Shown here: positions 25,515 to 37,092 of the stretch, one piece after another | Layout of the letters: each line of letters starts with the position of its first letter | Numbering within the stretch: position 1 is the first letter of the stretch | Assembly: GCF_009914755.1 (NCBI RefSeq) | Contig: NC_060925.1 | Length of the DNA: 64,000 nt | Strand: one strand, 5' to 3' | Origin: the human T2T-CHM13v2.0 reference genome, Homo sapiens | Program-made: the position numbers and the translations under genes | The notes under the pieces: model-generated | Database searches by the model: none | Told to the model about the DNA's origin: nothing | The model's input: only the letters and a program-made list of their open reading frames with translations

Positions 25515-27710
25515 ATCCCCATAAAAATTCCTCTTATTCATTTTTTATAACATCTGCCTCCTTTCTGTATACCTACTCAAACACTAATCTTTTCTAAATG
25601 TTATCTAAATGAAATCATACAGTATGTAATAGTATGTAACTTTTAGGAATTGGCTTTAAAAATTCAGCATAATTTTCTTGAGATTAATTAAAATTGTTGT
25701 GCAGATCACTAATTCATTCATTTTATTGCTGGGTAGTATTCCGTGGTATGGATGTACCACAGTTTATTGATTTACCTGTTGAAAGACATCTGGGTAGTTT
25801 ACTTTAAATGCCGCTATGAAGAAAGCTATTAAGAACATTGGTATGCAGGCTTTTGTGTGAATGAATAGAAGGTTTCCTTTCTCTCGGATAAATGCCCAAG
25901 AGTTCAATAGGTAAGCCTTATGGAAGTTGGATGTTTAGTTTTATAAGACATGACTACAATATTTTACAGAATGCTTATGCCCTTTTTACATACCCATCAG
26001 AAATGTATGAGTAATCAAGCGTCTTCACATCCTTGCTTCATTTAGTGTTGTTACCAATTTTATTTTAGCAATTCAGGTAAGTTTGGGGAATTACATCACA
26101 TCGTGGGTCTAAAGTGCATTTCATTAATGGCTAATAACATTGAATGGGTTTTCCAGCTGCTCATTTACCATCTGTATATTCTGTTTGGTGTAATGTCTCT
26201 TTATAAATTTTTCCCAGATTCTACTTGATTTGTTTTATAATATGGAGTTTTCACAATTCTTTATATTTTCTAGGAATTCGTACATTATTAGATATAGTGT
26301 TTGCAAATATTTTATCCCTGCATATAGTTTTTCTTTTTATCTTCTTACTGGGATCTTTTACAAAGCAAAAGTTTTTAATTTTGATGAAGTTCAATTTTTT
26401 CTTGTATGGATTGTGTTTTGGTGTCAAGTCTAAAGACTTTTTGCTTAGCTATAGATCCCAAAGGTGTTCTCCTATGATTTTTTTTTCTCTGAGAGTTTTA
26501 GAGCTTAACGTTTTAAATTAGGTTCATAATCAATTTTGAGTTATGCATTTTTTCTTCTCTGATTGCAGTACCCAGAAATTTCAATATATATTGAATGAGA
26601 TTGATGGGACAGGACATCTCTGCCTTGTTTCCAAACTTATGGGGAAAGCACTTAGTCTCTTACTATTTAGTACGATGTTATGATGTTAGCTATAGTTTTG
26701 TTTTATTTACTTATTTTTTTTTTGTAGATACTCTTTACCAAGGGGAGATACTTCCCCTCTATTTCTAATTTATTGAGAGTTTTTACCACAATGTGTGTTG
26801 GATTTTGTCAAACGTCTTTTCTGCCTCAATCAATATAATCTTGTAATTTTTCTTCTTTAGACTTTTTTGAGTATTTTTCAAATGTTGAGTCAGTTTTGCA
26901 AATCTGCAATAAATCTTACTTAAGTCATTTATATATTGATGTATAGTCATTTTATATCTTGATGTATTTAATTTGCTAATATTTTGTTGAGAATGTTTTA
27001 TATCTAGATTAATAAAATATATTGACTTGTAGCTATTACTGCTGTTTGATTTTGGTACTGACATTGTTTTTGGTTGTATAAAATTAGTTGAGAGGAGTTT
27101 CTTTCTATTCTATTTTCTTGAGGAGACTGTACAAAATTCATCTAAGTTCTTCAAATGTTTGGTAGAATTATCCACTGAAACAATCTGGACCTCAATATTT
27201 ATTTTTCAGGAGTATTTGGATTTTGAATTTGATTTCTTTAAAAGTTACAGGACTACTCGCATTGTTTTATTTTGGTTGTGTTTTGGTTGCTTATAGATTT
27301 TAAGGAATTGATCTTCCATTTTATAACTGTAGGATTTGTAATAAAATAACCTCTTTCATTTAAAATTTTGATGATTTGTGTCTTCTTTCTTTTTATGTTT
27401 TGCCCTAAAGATTTTTGTTTTTAAATCATTCTTATCAGTATTGTTATGTTTGTCAATTATATTTTATTTTATTGAAGAGTCAGCCTTTTCTTTCCTTGAT
27501 TTTTTTCATATTTTCAATTTATGGATTATTTGCTCATTGGTTTTATTTTTATCTGCCTTCTTTGAGATTATTATACACTTCCTGTTTCTTGAGTTAGAAA
27601 CTTAGATTATTGAGTTTTTTTTTCTTTTGTTACATGTACATTTAGCACTGTAATATCATTCTTAGTACTGATTTAGCTGTGTGCCACCAATTATGATATT
27701 ATGTATTTTC

Positions 27711-28640
27711 TTCTTTTTTTAAAATTTTACTTTAAGTTCTGGGATACATGTGCTGGACATGCAGGTTTGTTACACAGGTATACCTGTGCCATGGTGGTTT
27801 GCTACACCTATCGATCCATCATATAGGTTTTAAGCCCCGTATGCATTAGGTATTTGTTCTAATACTCTCCCTCCCTTTTCCCCCGACCCCCCTGACAGAC
27901 CCCAATGTGTAATGTTCCCCTCCTTGTGTCTATGTGTTCTCATTGTTCAACTTCCACATATGCTTGAGAATGTGTGGTGTTTGGTTTTGTGTTCCTGTGT
28001 TAGTTTGTGAAGATGATGGTTTCCAGCTCCATCCCTGTCCCTGCAAAGGACATAAACTCATTCTTTTTTATGGCTGCATAGTATATGTACCACATTTTCT
28101 TTATCCACTCTATCATTGATGGGCATTTGGGTTGGTTCCAAGTCTTTGCTATTATAAATAGAGCTGCAATAAACATACATGAGCATGTGTCTTTATAGTA
28201 GAATGATTTATAATCTTTGTGTATATACCCATTAATGGGATTTCTGGGTCAAATAGTATTTCTGGTTCTAGATCCTTGAGGAATCGCCACAATTTCTTCC
28301 ACAATGGTTGAACTAATTTACACTCCCACCAACAGTGTAGAAGTGTTCCTATTTCTCCACATCCTCACCAGCATCTGTTGTTTCCAGACTTTTTAATGAT
28401 CACCGTTCTAACTGGCATGAGATTGTATCTCATTGTGGTTTTGATTTGCATTTGTCTAATGACCAGTGATGATGAGCTTTTTTATTCATATGTTTGTTGG
28501 CTGTATAAATGTCTTCTTTTGAGAAGTGTCTGCTCATATCCTTTGCCTACTTTTTGATGGGGTTGTTTGTTTTTTTCTTGTAAATTTGTTTGAGTTCCTG
28601 GTAGATTCTGGATTTATACCTTTGTCAGATGGATAGATTG
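27711..28640 (-). mobile_element. L1PA8-like 3' fragment (~0.93 kb)
   Basis: 3'UTR diagnostic 'aggttttaagccccgtatgcattagg'. TSD gtattttc at 27703-27710 and 28641-28648. Confidence 0.9.
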
Positions 28641-30052
28641 GTATTTTCATTTTAATTCAGTTCTCTGTGTTATTTTATATTTCCTTTGAGACTTTCTCTT
28701 TGGCAGCTAGATTATTTAAAAATGTGTTGTTTAATTTTCAAACATTTATGATTTTTTAGAATCTTTCTGTTATTGGTTTCTAGTTTGATTCCATTGTGTT
28801 CACATAATAAATTCTGTATAATTTCAATTATTTTCAATTTGTTCACTGGTTTTATAGTCTAGGATAATCCATCTTGGTGAATGCCAGACATGCTTGAAAA
28901 GAAAAAGGGTGTTTGCTATTGTTTAGTGAGGTGGTTTATATACATTGATTGTATCTTATTCGATTGTGTTGTTTAGCTCTTCTCTATTAAAGTAGGAGAC
29001 TTTGCATCTTTTGTTTTGCTGGCAGTCGCCCTGTTTGGTTTAGCTTACAGGTTCCTGTTCTACTTTTTGGGCTGTGACTTCAAATAAAATTTAGTTCTCT
29101 GCAGCTTTGCATTGTTAGTTTTATCTGCTAGGTTTATTGGTGCAGCTGGAATGACCAATGCTCGTTGATCCTGATTTCTGAGAGGTCACAAGGATTTTCT
29201 CCAGGAGAAGCAACCTGGTGGTACAAAATGAGCGAAGAGGTTCTCAGTCGTTTAGAACTCCTGGGAGTGTCCCTCTTGAAAGTGCTACCTGGCTATTTGG
29301 TGACACTAGGTGAAGGAGGGGAGTCTTGGGCTCCTGGGGATAAATATATTTTCTGCCTCTTGTGGCAGAATCTCCCTGTCCAGTACCACTAGTTTCACGC
29401 TGCCTCTTGGTAGAGATGTAGTGCCTTAGGCCCCCAGGTAAGAAATGGGTTTCTCCTATCATCTGATTGTCTATGATTCCTGATCAATTCTCTTTGCCTT
29501 GCATTGTCAGTGGAATACCCATTTCATTTAGCAAGGGTTGTGTTTAACTCAATCACCATCTGTTGCTGGGTTAGGGTTCAGGAAACATCAGGCCTGGATC
29601 ATCTTCTGTTGAGTGGGAAATGAAAGGCCTCTGATACTTTGCTATTCGTCCAGTTCTGGAGAAAACGAAACCAATTGGTTTTCCTACTTCCACCTTTCAG
29701 AATTCTCCTCTGGTTGCATTATTTCTTGGGTTTATAGTTTTAATTAATGAGGTAGGGCAGAAAGCAATGATTCTATATCATTTTACCTGGACCATAAGTG
29801 CAATATCTGGTTTCTTTTTTGTTGTTGTTGTTGATGTGCTAGTTTTTAAGTTTGCCTCCTTAGATTTATTTATTGGCATTGTAATCTGGAATAGTTTGAT
29901 TTAAAAAATACATCTAACTCCAGAAATATAATATTCTCAATTCCATGAAAGCAAACCATATTAACAGTAAAATTATCTTGCAATGAGATATTTTCACTGC
30001 TTCTATAGTTAATGCTTTCTGGATAGAGTCCAAAGTGCCGTGGACCAAGGGG

Positions 30053-31200
30053 TCCATTTTTGTATACTTACAAATACAATTGCATATGCATATTTTTGAT
30101 GTCCTGCATATTACCTTTTTTCTACATAAGAAATCATTTTGTTAGGGTTCTGTTCAGAATTTAAGTGTTATTAATTATCCTTATTCTTGAAATTGTGATT
30201 TGAAATAGTAAGCAGGCCTTTGGGTGTTGTGAACAGTATGAACCATGAAAATGACTGTAAGAGATGAATTGCTAATTTTAAAATTAAAAGCCTTGCCTGA
30301 AGAAGGTGATATGAAGCAAGAATTGGCAATATGAAATGACTGCTACAAGAACTAAGAAAAATCTTAACAGAATACAGTCTTGGTGGAACTGGAAAGTGGA
30401 AGAAAAACTCATAAACTTTTAGAATAGTTTTTGGCAAAGCATCAACTGATGAAATGCTTCATGTTATACATGGCACAGCAAATGAGGTAGATATAGCTGT
30501 CATAAATATGCTTTGAACTATGAGACATAAATCAAAGTCTGTAATTACATGGAATAAACATACATTTTTCATTTCTTTAAGAATAAATTCAGAAATCATG
30601 TTTCAGGTTCTTTGCAGACTTTTTAAATAATTCAGTTTTAGTGCATATGAAATTTAAAAATTCAGCAAAGTTTAATGCTACATTTTATGTCTAAATGTGT
30701 GCAAAAATTTTGCATTTTGAGATGTTCTTTTATTCAGATTATTTACGTATAGGTTGCTTGTTTGTCAAGTTAAACATTGGACTAGAATTGTCTGTTTGAA
30801 AATACCTGAGGGTCTTCACTAAGCCATATGGTTTCACCACAGTATATGATTAGTCTCAGAATGATCAAAAGTTTAGTAAAATATTATTTCTACTGCAAAA
30901 CCTCTGAGGAAACATGACTACATTTGCTATATTTTCAAATTAGATTGAAACTACAAAGGCTGTCAGTGAATGCTCATTAAATAGTTACTAAAATATTGAT
31001 GTGTTTACATTATATTGAATACTTAAAAGCATAATATGACTGCCTAAGTTCACATAAAAACTAATACAGGTAAACATAAAACAATAAGAAAAATAAATTT
31101 AAGCATAAAATTTCATGTATACACATATACATATATACACATACATGTTTTTCCATTTTGGTGTACTTACAAATGCAATTGCATATGCATATTTATGATG
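30053..31200 (+). repeat. Dispersed 49-bp direct repeat (30053-30101 and 31152-31200)
   Basis: 45/49 identical without gaps, by manual alignment. Confidence 0.9.
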
Positions 31201-31261
31201 CCAACATTTATAACATTAATGCTAAAACAGCAGTATTTGTGTGTATACAGATATTGAGGAA

Positions 31262-31400
31262 GTGTAATCTTGTGGAAGGAGCACAGATTTACAGTCAGAT
31301 ACATTTATATTTGAATTTATGAGTGTTATTAAAGATTAAATAAGATGAAAAGTGTAAAATACCTAATATATTACCTGACATATAGTAAGTACTCATATAC
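31262..31400 (+). mobile_element. MIR fragment
   Basis: 'aagattaaataagatg...acctgacatatagtaagtactca'. Confidence 0.6.
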
Positions 31401-31439
31401 ACTCTATGTCTGTTTACAAGCATGCAACTTTCCCAATCA

Positions 31440-31830
31440 CAAAACTAACCAAATAAAACATGAGATATTCAATAATCTAGAGTGCTAAAGATTATAAAAA
31501 CTTGGCTATTCTGGAGAGCTATTTAGAATAGTTATACCCTTGTACTAAATTATTCCACTTAAAAGAATTTTTCTTAAAAACAGAAACAGATTTCATACAC
31601 AGATTTATATGCATAAATGTTTATCATAGCATAGTAATTTGAATAAAAATGAAAATAGCCAAAATGCAGAGAAGCAGATACTTAAATATGTATGATAGTT
31701 TTATATCCTGCTATATTATACAATCATTAACATTGCACTTATGCAGAATTTTATATAGCATGGCAAATCAATAAAGCAAACAATATAGAAATGTACTTTC
31801 CCAATCCTAACAAAAATATTCTTAAAAAAT
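31440..31830 (+). mobile_element. L1ME-like 3' fragment
   Basis: 'aattattccacttaaaagaattt...atgtttatcatagcat...tattatacaatcattaa'. Confidence 0.5.
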
Positions 31831-31900
31831 AAATGGAAAGGATCATTTTGTTATTTAAGGTTACGAAATTATACTATTTGTGTGATACTGCCTTAGTCAT

Positions 31901-32253
31901 TGACGTAGTTTGGCTGTGTCCCCACCCAAATATCATCTAGAATTCCTACATTTGTGGAAAGGACCTGGTGGAGGGTAATCGAATCATGGGGACAGGTCTT
32001 TCCCGAGCTGTTCTTGTGACAGTGAATAAGTCTCAGGAGATCTGATGGTTGTATAAGAAGGAGTTTCCCTGCATCAACTCTCTTTTTGCCTGCTGCCATC
32101 CATGTAAGATGTGACTTGGTCCTCCTTGCCTTCTACCATGATTGTGAAGCCTCCCCAGCCATGTGGAATTGTATGTCCATTAAACCTATTTCTTTTGTAA
32201 ATTGCCTGATCTTGGGTTTGTCTTTATCAGCAGCATAAAAATGGACTAATACA
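31901..32253 (+). mobile_element. THE1A/B solo LTR
   Basis: 'tgacgtagtttggctgtgtccccacccaaa...ggactaataca'. 5-bp TSD gtcat/atcat. Confidence 0.93.
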
Positions 32254-32759
32254 ATCATCAAGAACAAACTATAGTCACTTGGTAGAATTCTTTAGATCTT
32301 GGTGGTTCGTATTTTCTCTAAACTTTGTTAGTGGCATGATAAGAAATAAGGTATTTAACAGATTAGATATTTTATTGAAAATTTTTGTTCAAAAAATGTA
32401 TAATATACAAGAAATATACAAGCCTCTCTAAAAAGAGAGTTTCAGGCACATGAACTACAGTTGAAGGGATATTTTTACTGTCATTTGGTCATGCAATCAA
32501 ATTACATCACAAAAACTGCTCTTTACTTCAGTCTTTTAAAGACTGACCTTAATTACAGAAAATACAAAATAAATTACTCATATATACAATATAATGGATG
32601 ATATGAAAATTAAAACATTAAATCCCCTCTTCGTCTGCTTCTCCCACTTCCTAAGAATGCTTACGTGTTTTAGCTTTACGTGGTCTTGCTATTTTTTTAT
32701 TCTTTCTATTTAGCTAAAGGAGAAAGAGAAAAGAGCAGAAGTGAGCCTAAGACCAGTGT

Positions 32760-33063
32760 GGTTTGGCGCGGTGGCTCAAGCCCATAATCCCAGCCCTTTG
32801 GGGGGCCAAGGCAGGTGGAATGTGTGAGCTCAGGAGTTCAAGACAGTGGGCAACATGGGGAAAACTCGTCTCTACAAAAAATTAGCCAGGCATGGTGGCA
32901 TGTACCTGTAGTCCCCAGTACTCAGGTACTCAGGAGGCTGAGGTGGGAGGATCGCTTGAGCCCAGGGAGTTCAAGGCTACAGTGAGCAAAGATAGTGCCA
33001 CTGTACTCCAGCCTGGGTGACAGAGAGAGACCCTGTCTCTAAATAAACAAATAAATAAATATA
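32760..33063 (+). mobile_element. AluJ SINE
   Basis: 'gaggtgggaggatcgcttgagccc', 'gagaccctgtctc' and a (TAAA)n tail. Short TSD cagtgt. Internal 8-bp duplication gtactcag. Confidence 0.92.
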
Positions 33064-33149
33064 CAGTGTGACAGTGCAAATAATTCTAAAATATGTTGAA
33101 CTAGGCATTGAAATAGGCATGAGGTTGTAAAACAAAGTGGGATGAATAA

Positions 33150-33392
33150 GTCTTAGAGAACTAGTGTATAATAAAAATACTGCATTGTATACTTAAAAAT
33201 TTACTAAAAGGGTAGATTTTGTTAAGTGTTATTGCAAAATAATAATAACTAACAGGGTAAAGGAAACTTTAAGAGATGATGGATAGGTTTATGGCAAAGA
33301 TTGTAGTGATGGTTGCTTAATTGCATATTTATCACCAAAATCACTAAGTTATATGTATTAATTATGTACAGATTTTGTATGTAAAAAAATTA
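33150..33392 (+). mobile_element. L1MA10/L1MB-like 3' end
   Basis: 'ggaaactttaagagatgatggataggtttatggcaaagattgtagtgatgg'. Confidence 0.7.
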
Positions 33393-34419
33393 AATATCAA
33401 ATGAGAAATCGGTGAACTCACTTTTATAGGGTTAAATTGCCATGAAATATTTGAATCATAAATGCTTACACAGCAAAAAATTAATTAACATTCAGCTATC
33501 CTGGAGAAAATCATTGAGAAATTTATTATGTCAAGCATGAGGCCACATTTGAGTATATTATGATAATCAAATAGCAAACTATCTTTTTTATAGTGTTTAC
33601 ACTATATTGAGGAAGACAAACTTTAAACAACCAATCATAAATATGTCTTAAGCTTATTTGAATATAGCATCCTTAAGGTTACATAGTCAGGACAAGTTAA
33701 CTCATTTTCCTTCTAAATAAACAGCTTTAGTGTTTCATTCGGAGTATGACTGTTGGTGATAGATGCTCTCAGTTTCTGTTTTTTTCTAAAAAATATATGT
33801 ATTCTGTCTATACCTTTCCCTTCAAGAGTTGACTAGTGGCAATGACAATCCCAAATCATGTTAATCCAAGCACAAATTGAGACTTGCTGCTAGTCTTCAG
33901 TTCCTGTGTGGTCTGACATATCAGATTTATACGGATATTTGGGTGGAGCCCCTTAGGTCCCAGTCCAAAACCTAGGTTTTAGCAGACCCCAGTTTTTATT
34001 TTTTATTTAATTATTTTTTTCAGTCCTTTGGTTTCCTCAGTTTTCTATATCTTGACCCAAAAGTGCTTTGTTCCTTTTTAACTCCATAATGCTGACAAGC
34101 AGATGTGTTTGAACTCTTTGCCCAGTTTTAATAGATATTTTCCGTGGAAGGATTTGTCCAAACTAACTAGTCTGCCAGTATAGATAAATCATAAAGGTTT
34201 TCCAACTTAACATAAAACTCCTAAATCTATCCATTAGGTATACCAAAACAACCTGCATTTTAGATGTTGCTCCTTTAGTATAATTTCCAGCTATAAGCAT
34301 AGCAAGTAGTATAAAAACAACAACAAAACAACAAAAAACAATGCAATGCTTTGATGAAACCTTAATTTTGATGTCTATTCCTTCATGATGACTAGGATTT
34401 CCAAAGATAAATACTGTGA

Positions 34420-34910
34420 AGCGTCTTCCTCTGAGTGATAATGTTCTGCTCTTTATTACATTTTGTGTTTTATAATACACATAGAATTAAATACAAAACA
34501 ATAGCACAAAGGGAAGGAGAATAAAGTTATCCTAATTTAACGCCATATTTTACATTGCAACATACTAATTATTTCCAAATAGATTGTGATAACTTCAGGA
34601 ACTATATTTCAGTAATACAAATAGATGTAGCAAAAAGCCAAAAGAGGAAATGAAATAGATATTAAACAAAATACCAGTTAAACCAAAGGAAGTCTGGAAA
34701 TAAAAGTAAATGAGGAAAAATATAAAAGATATTTTAAAATACATTGAAGAGACACTGCTAATGTAAAGGCACAGTTTTAAAACAAAAAGATGGGGAAAGG
34801 TCAAGCGTAGTAATATTAAGGATGAGAGCTGTTGTGGTTTTGTTAATATCAGACAAAATTTATTTTAAGACAAGAAATATTATAAGAGATAAAGAGGGGT
34901 TTTTCATGTA
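34420..34910 (+). mobile_element. Old L1M fragment (inter-ORF / EN)
   Basis: 'taatatcagacaaaatttattttaagacaagaaatattataagagataaagagggg' (SDK...RDKEG-like). Confidence 0.55.
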
Positions 34911-34934
34911 GATGTAAGTAAGAAATAAGCTTTC

Positions 34935-36020
34935 TTATAAATGAGTTGTCCACACAAGCATGGATCTTTCTCTGCTGTCTATATTCTGTTCTACTGCGAA
35001 TCTATTTCTCTTTTGCTTCTATGTTACATTGAATTATCTCTTTCTATACCTGTATAATGAGTGCGGATTACACAGAGGTACAATCTTCCATAATTGTTTT
35101 TCTTCAAAGCTTTTGGCTATTCTTGGTATTTTTCAATTTTAGCAAATTCTTGAATCAATTTGTATAGCTCCCACCAAAAAAGTGCTAAAATTCTGAATTG
35201 CATTACACATAATATAAATATTAAATATAAGTAAGTAATATCGCATAAGTAACATTTTTATAATATTGAGTTTTCCAATACATTAAGGTGACATTCTACT
35301 TCATTGTTTTGGTCTTCTGTAATTTCTTTTGATATTTATTTTACTTTCAGAGTACAGGCCAGTCACATATTTCATTGGATTTATTCTTGCATATTTGGTG
35401 TTTCTGAATATTCATTTTTAAAATGGTTTTTATGTGTACATTGATGAATAATTAATTTTTGTATATAAAATTTTTATCCAGTGAGATTGCCATATTTCTT
35501 TACCAATTTAAACGGCTTATCAGATTTTTAGCTTTTCTAACTATTCTTGGCTGATTTTGCTATGACCTCCAGTAAAACATTGAATAACAGTGAGAATAAT
35601 CAGTTTTCTCATATGTCTTCATTTCAGGAGGAAGACTTATATGACTTTATTATTAGGCATGTAAGTATTTTAATATATATGTTTTACTAGATTAAGAATA
35701 ATTCCATTTCATTCCTAGCAAACTAGAATATATTTTGATGAATAGCTGTCCAATTTTATCCATCATTTTGCCTCTATTGGGATAATCAAATATTATTTTC
35801 TATTATGAATTAATGTGATACATAGGTAAATTGATTTGTAAAAGTTATACCAATATCACTTTTCTAAAATAAACACAATTTATTCATATTATATTCCTTT
35901 TACTTTTCATTGAATATAGCTGGTAATATTTTGTTTAATTTTATTTTTTCATCAATTACGAGAGAGAAATTATTCTATGATAAAATGTTCTGCAATGACA
36001 TGGTCTGCTTTTGTCATTAA
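34935..36020 (-). mobile_element. Old L1M ORF2 fragment
   Basis: Antisense ORF2-like 'tataatattgagttttccaat' and 'gacctccagtaaaacattgaataacagtg'. Confidence 0.6.
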
Positions 36021-36024
36021 GGAG

Positions 36025-36545
36025 TCAGGTTTGTGAATTTAGTTTTGGGTCTGTTGAATTTGGAGCTCCTGTGGGGTTTCCTTGTGTCTAGTGAACAGAT
36101 AGAAATAGATGGTTCTAGAGCTCAGGAGAGTGATTTGCACTAGAGCTGTACGTTTTGAAGTTGTTGGCATCTAGGTGCTACTTACAGCCAAGGGAACAAA
36201 TAAGACCACACAGGAAAATCAGATTGAGTGGGAAGAAGGTGAGGACAAAGCCTGGGGAGCTGCAATATTTTTAATGTTGGGGAGCAAAGGAGCCTGAGAG
36301 CAATTGGAGAATAGAGGAGTCAGAGGCATAAGAGCTACTCTAGGGGAAATGGTTACATGGGATCCAAGTTAGCTTGAGTTTCAAGAAAAAAAAGGTGACC
36401 AACAAAACCAAATATCATGGAGGAAAATGTCTAGTGGGAGGAAGGGTTCTTGGTGAACATGGTAAGAGCAGTGTTCAGGAAACAGAAGTGCCTGAGTCCT
36501 AGTAGGGATGCGAAGGAGTGCAGGAGGCTGTGGCCATGCTTTATG
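36025..36545 (-). mobile_element. L2 fragment
   Basis: 'gaatttagttttgggtctgttgaatttg...tctagagctcaggagag...gaggacaaagcctgggg'. Confidence 0.7.
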
Positions 36546-36588
36546 AGTTCTTCAGTATTTTTCTTATCACGTGTATATGTTATTTTTA

Positions 36589-36634
36589 TTTAAAACATAT
36601 ATGTGTGTGTGTTTAAAACATATATGTGTGTGTG
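36589..36634. repeat. Perfect 23-bp tandem duplication (tttaaaacatatatgtgtgtgtg x2)
   Basis: Read directly. Confidence 0.93.
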
Positions 36635-36825
36635 TATACGTGTGTATATATATATCACCTCTTTGAAAACGTTTAAATAATACCTTATCTTCATCTCCAT
36701 TTCTGCTAAACCAGGCTCCTCAAAGTTATAAACTAGCCCATCTCTGCTTCCTTAGCTCCTGTTTATCTATCTTACTACCTATCCTTTCATTTTTTTTTTT
36801 GTTTCCATTAGAAAAACTGGAGCAC

Positions 36826-37092
36826 TTTTTTTTCTTTTAAATTTCAACTTTTATTTTAGATACAGGGGAGTACATGTGTAGGTTTGTTACATGGGTATAT
36901 TGCACACAGGGGGTAAGCACAGTATCCAATACGTAGTTTTCCAACCCATGTCCTGCTCCCTCCTTACCCCCTCTAGTAGTCTGCAGTTTCTATTGTTTCC
37001 ATGTCAGGTCCATGTGTGCCCAGTTTTTAGCCCCCACTTATAAGTGAGAATATGCACTATTTCGTTTTCCATTACTGTGTTAATTCGTTTAG
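36826..37092 (-). mobile_element. L1PA15/16-like 3' end
   Basis: 'tttcaacttttattttagatacagggg...ccctctagtagtctgcagt...cccacttataagtgagaat'. Confidence 0.8.

Larger units (their letters stand above)
25085..29805 (-). mobile_element. Old L1 (L1MC/MD/ME-like), fragmented from 3'UTR through ORF2 towards the 5' end
   Basis: ORF 26783..27064 ends in 'IILIEAEKTFDKIQH' (ORF2 RT). Interrupted by MLT1A and L1PA8. Confidence 0.7.

Noticed and set aside
30245-30630. Protein-like reading frame (LLQELRKILTEYSLGG...) as a pseudogene or transposase
   Set aside because: It has stops and a frameshift and no motif I can assign; kept only as a note in the 49-bp repeat finding.
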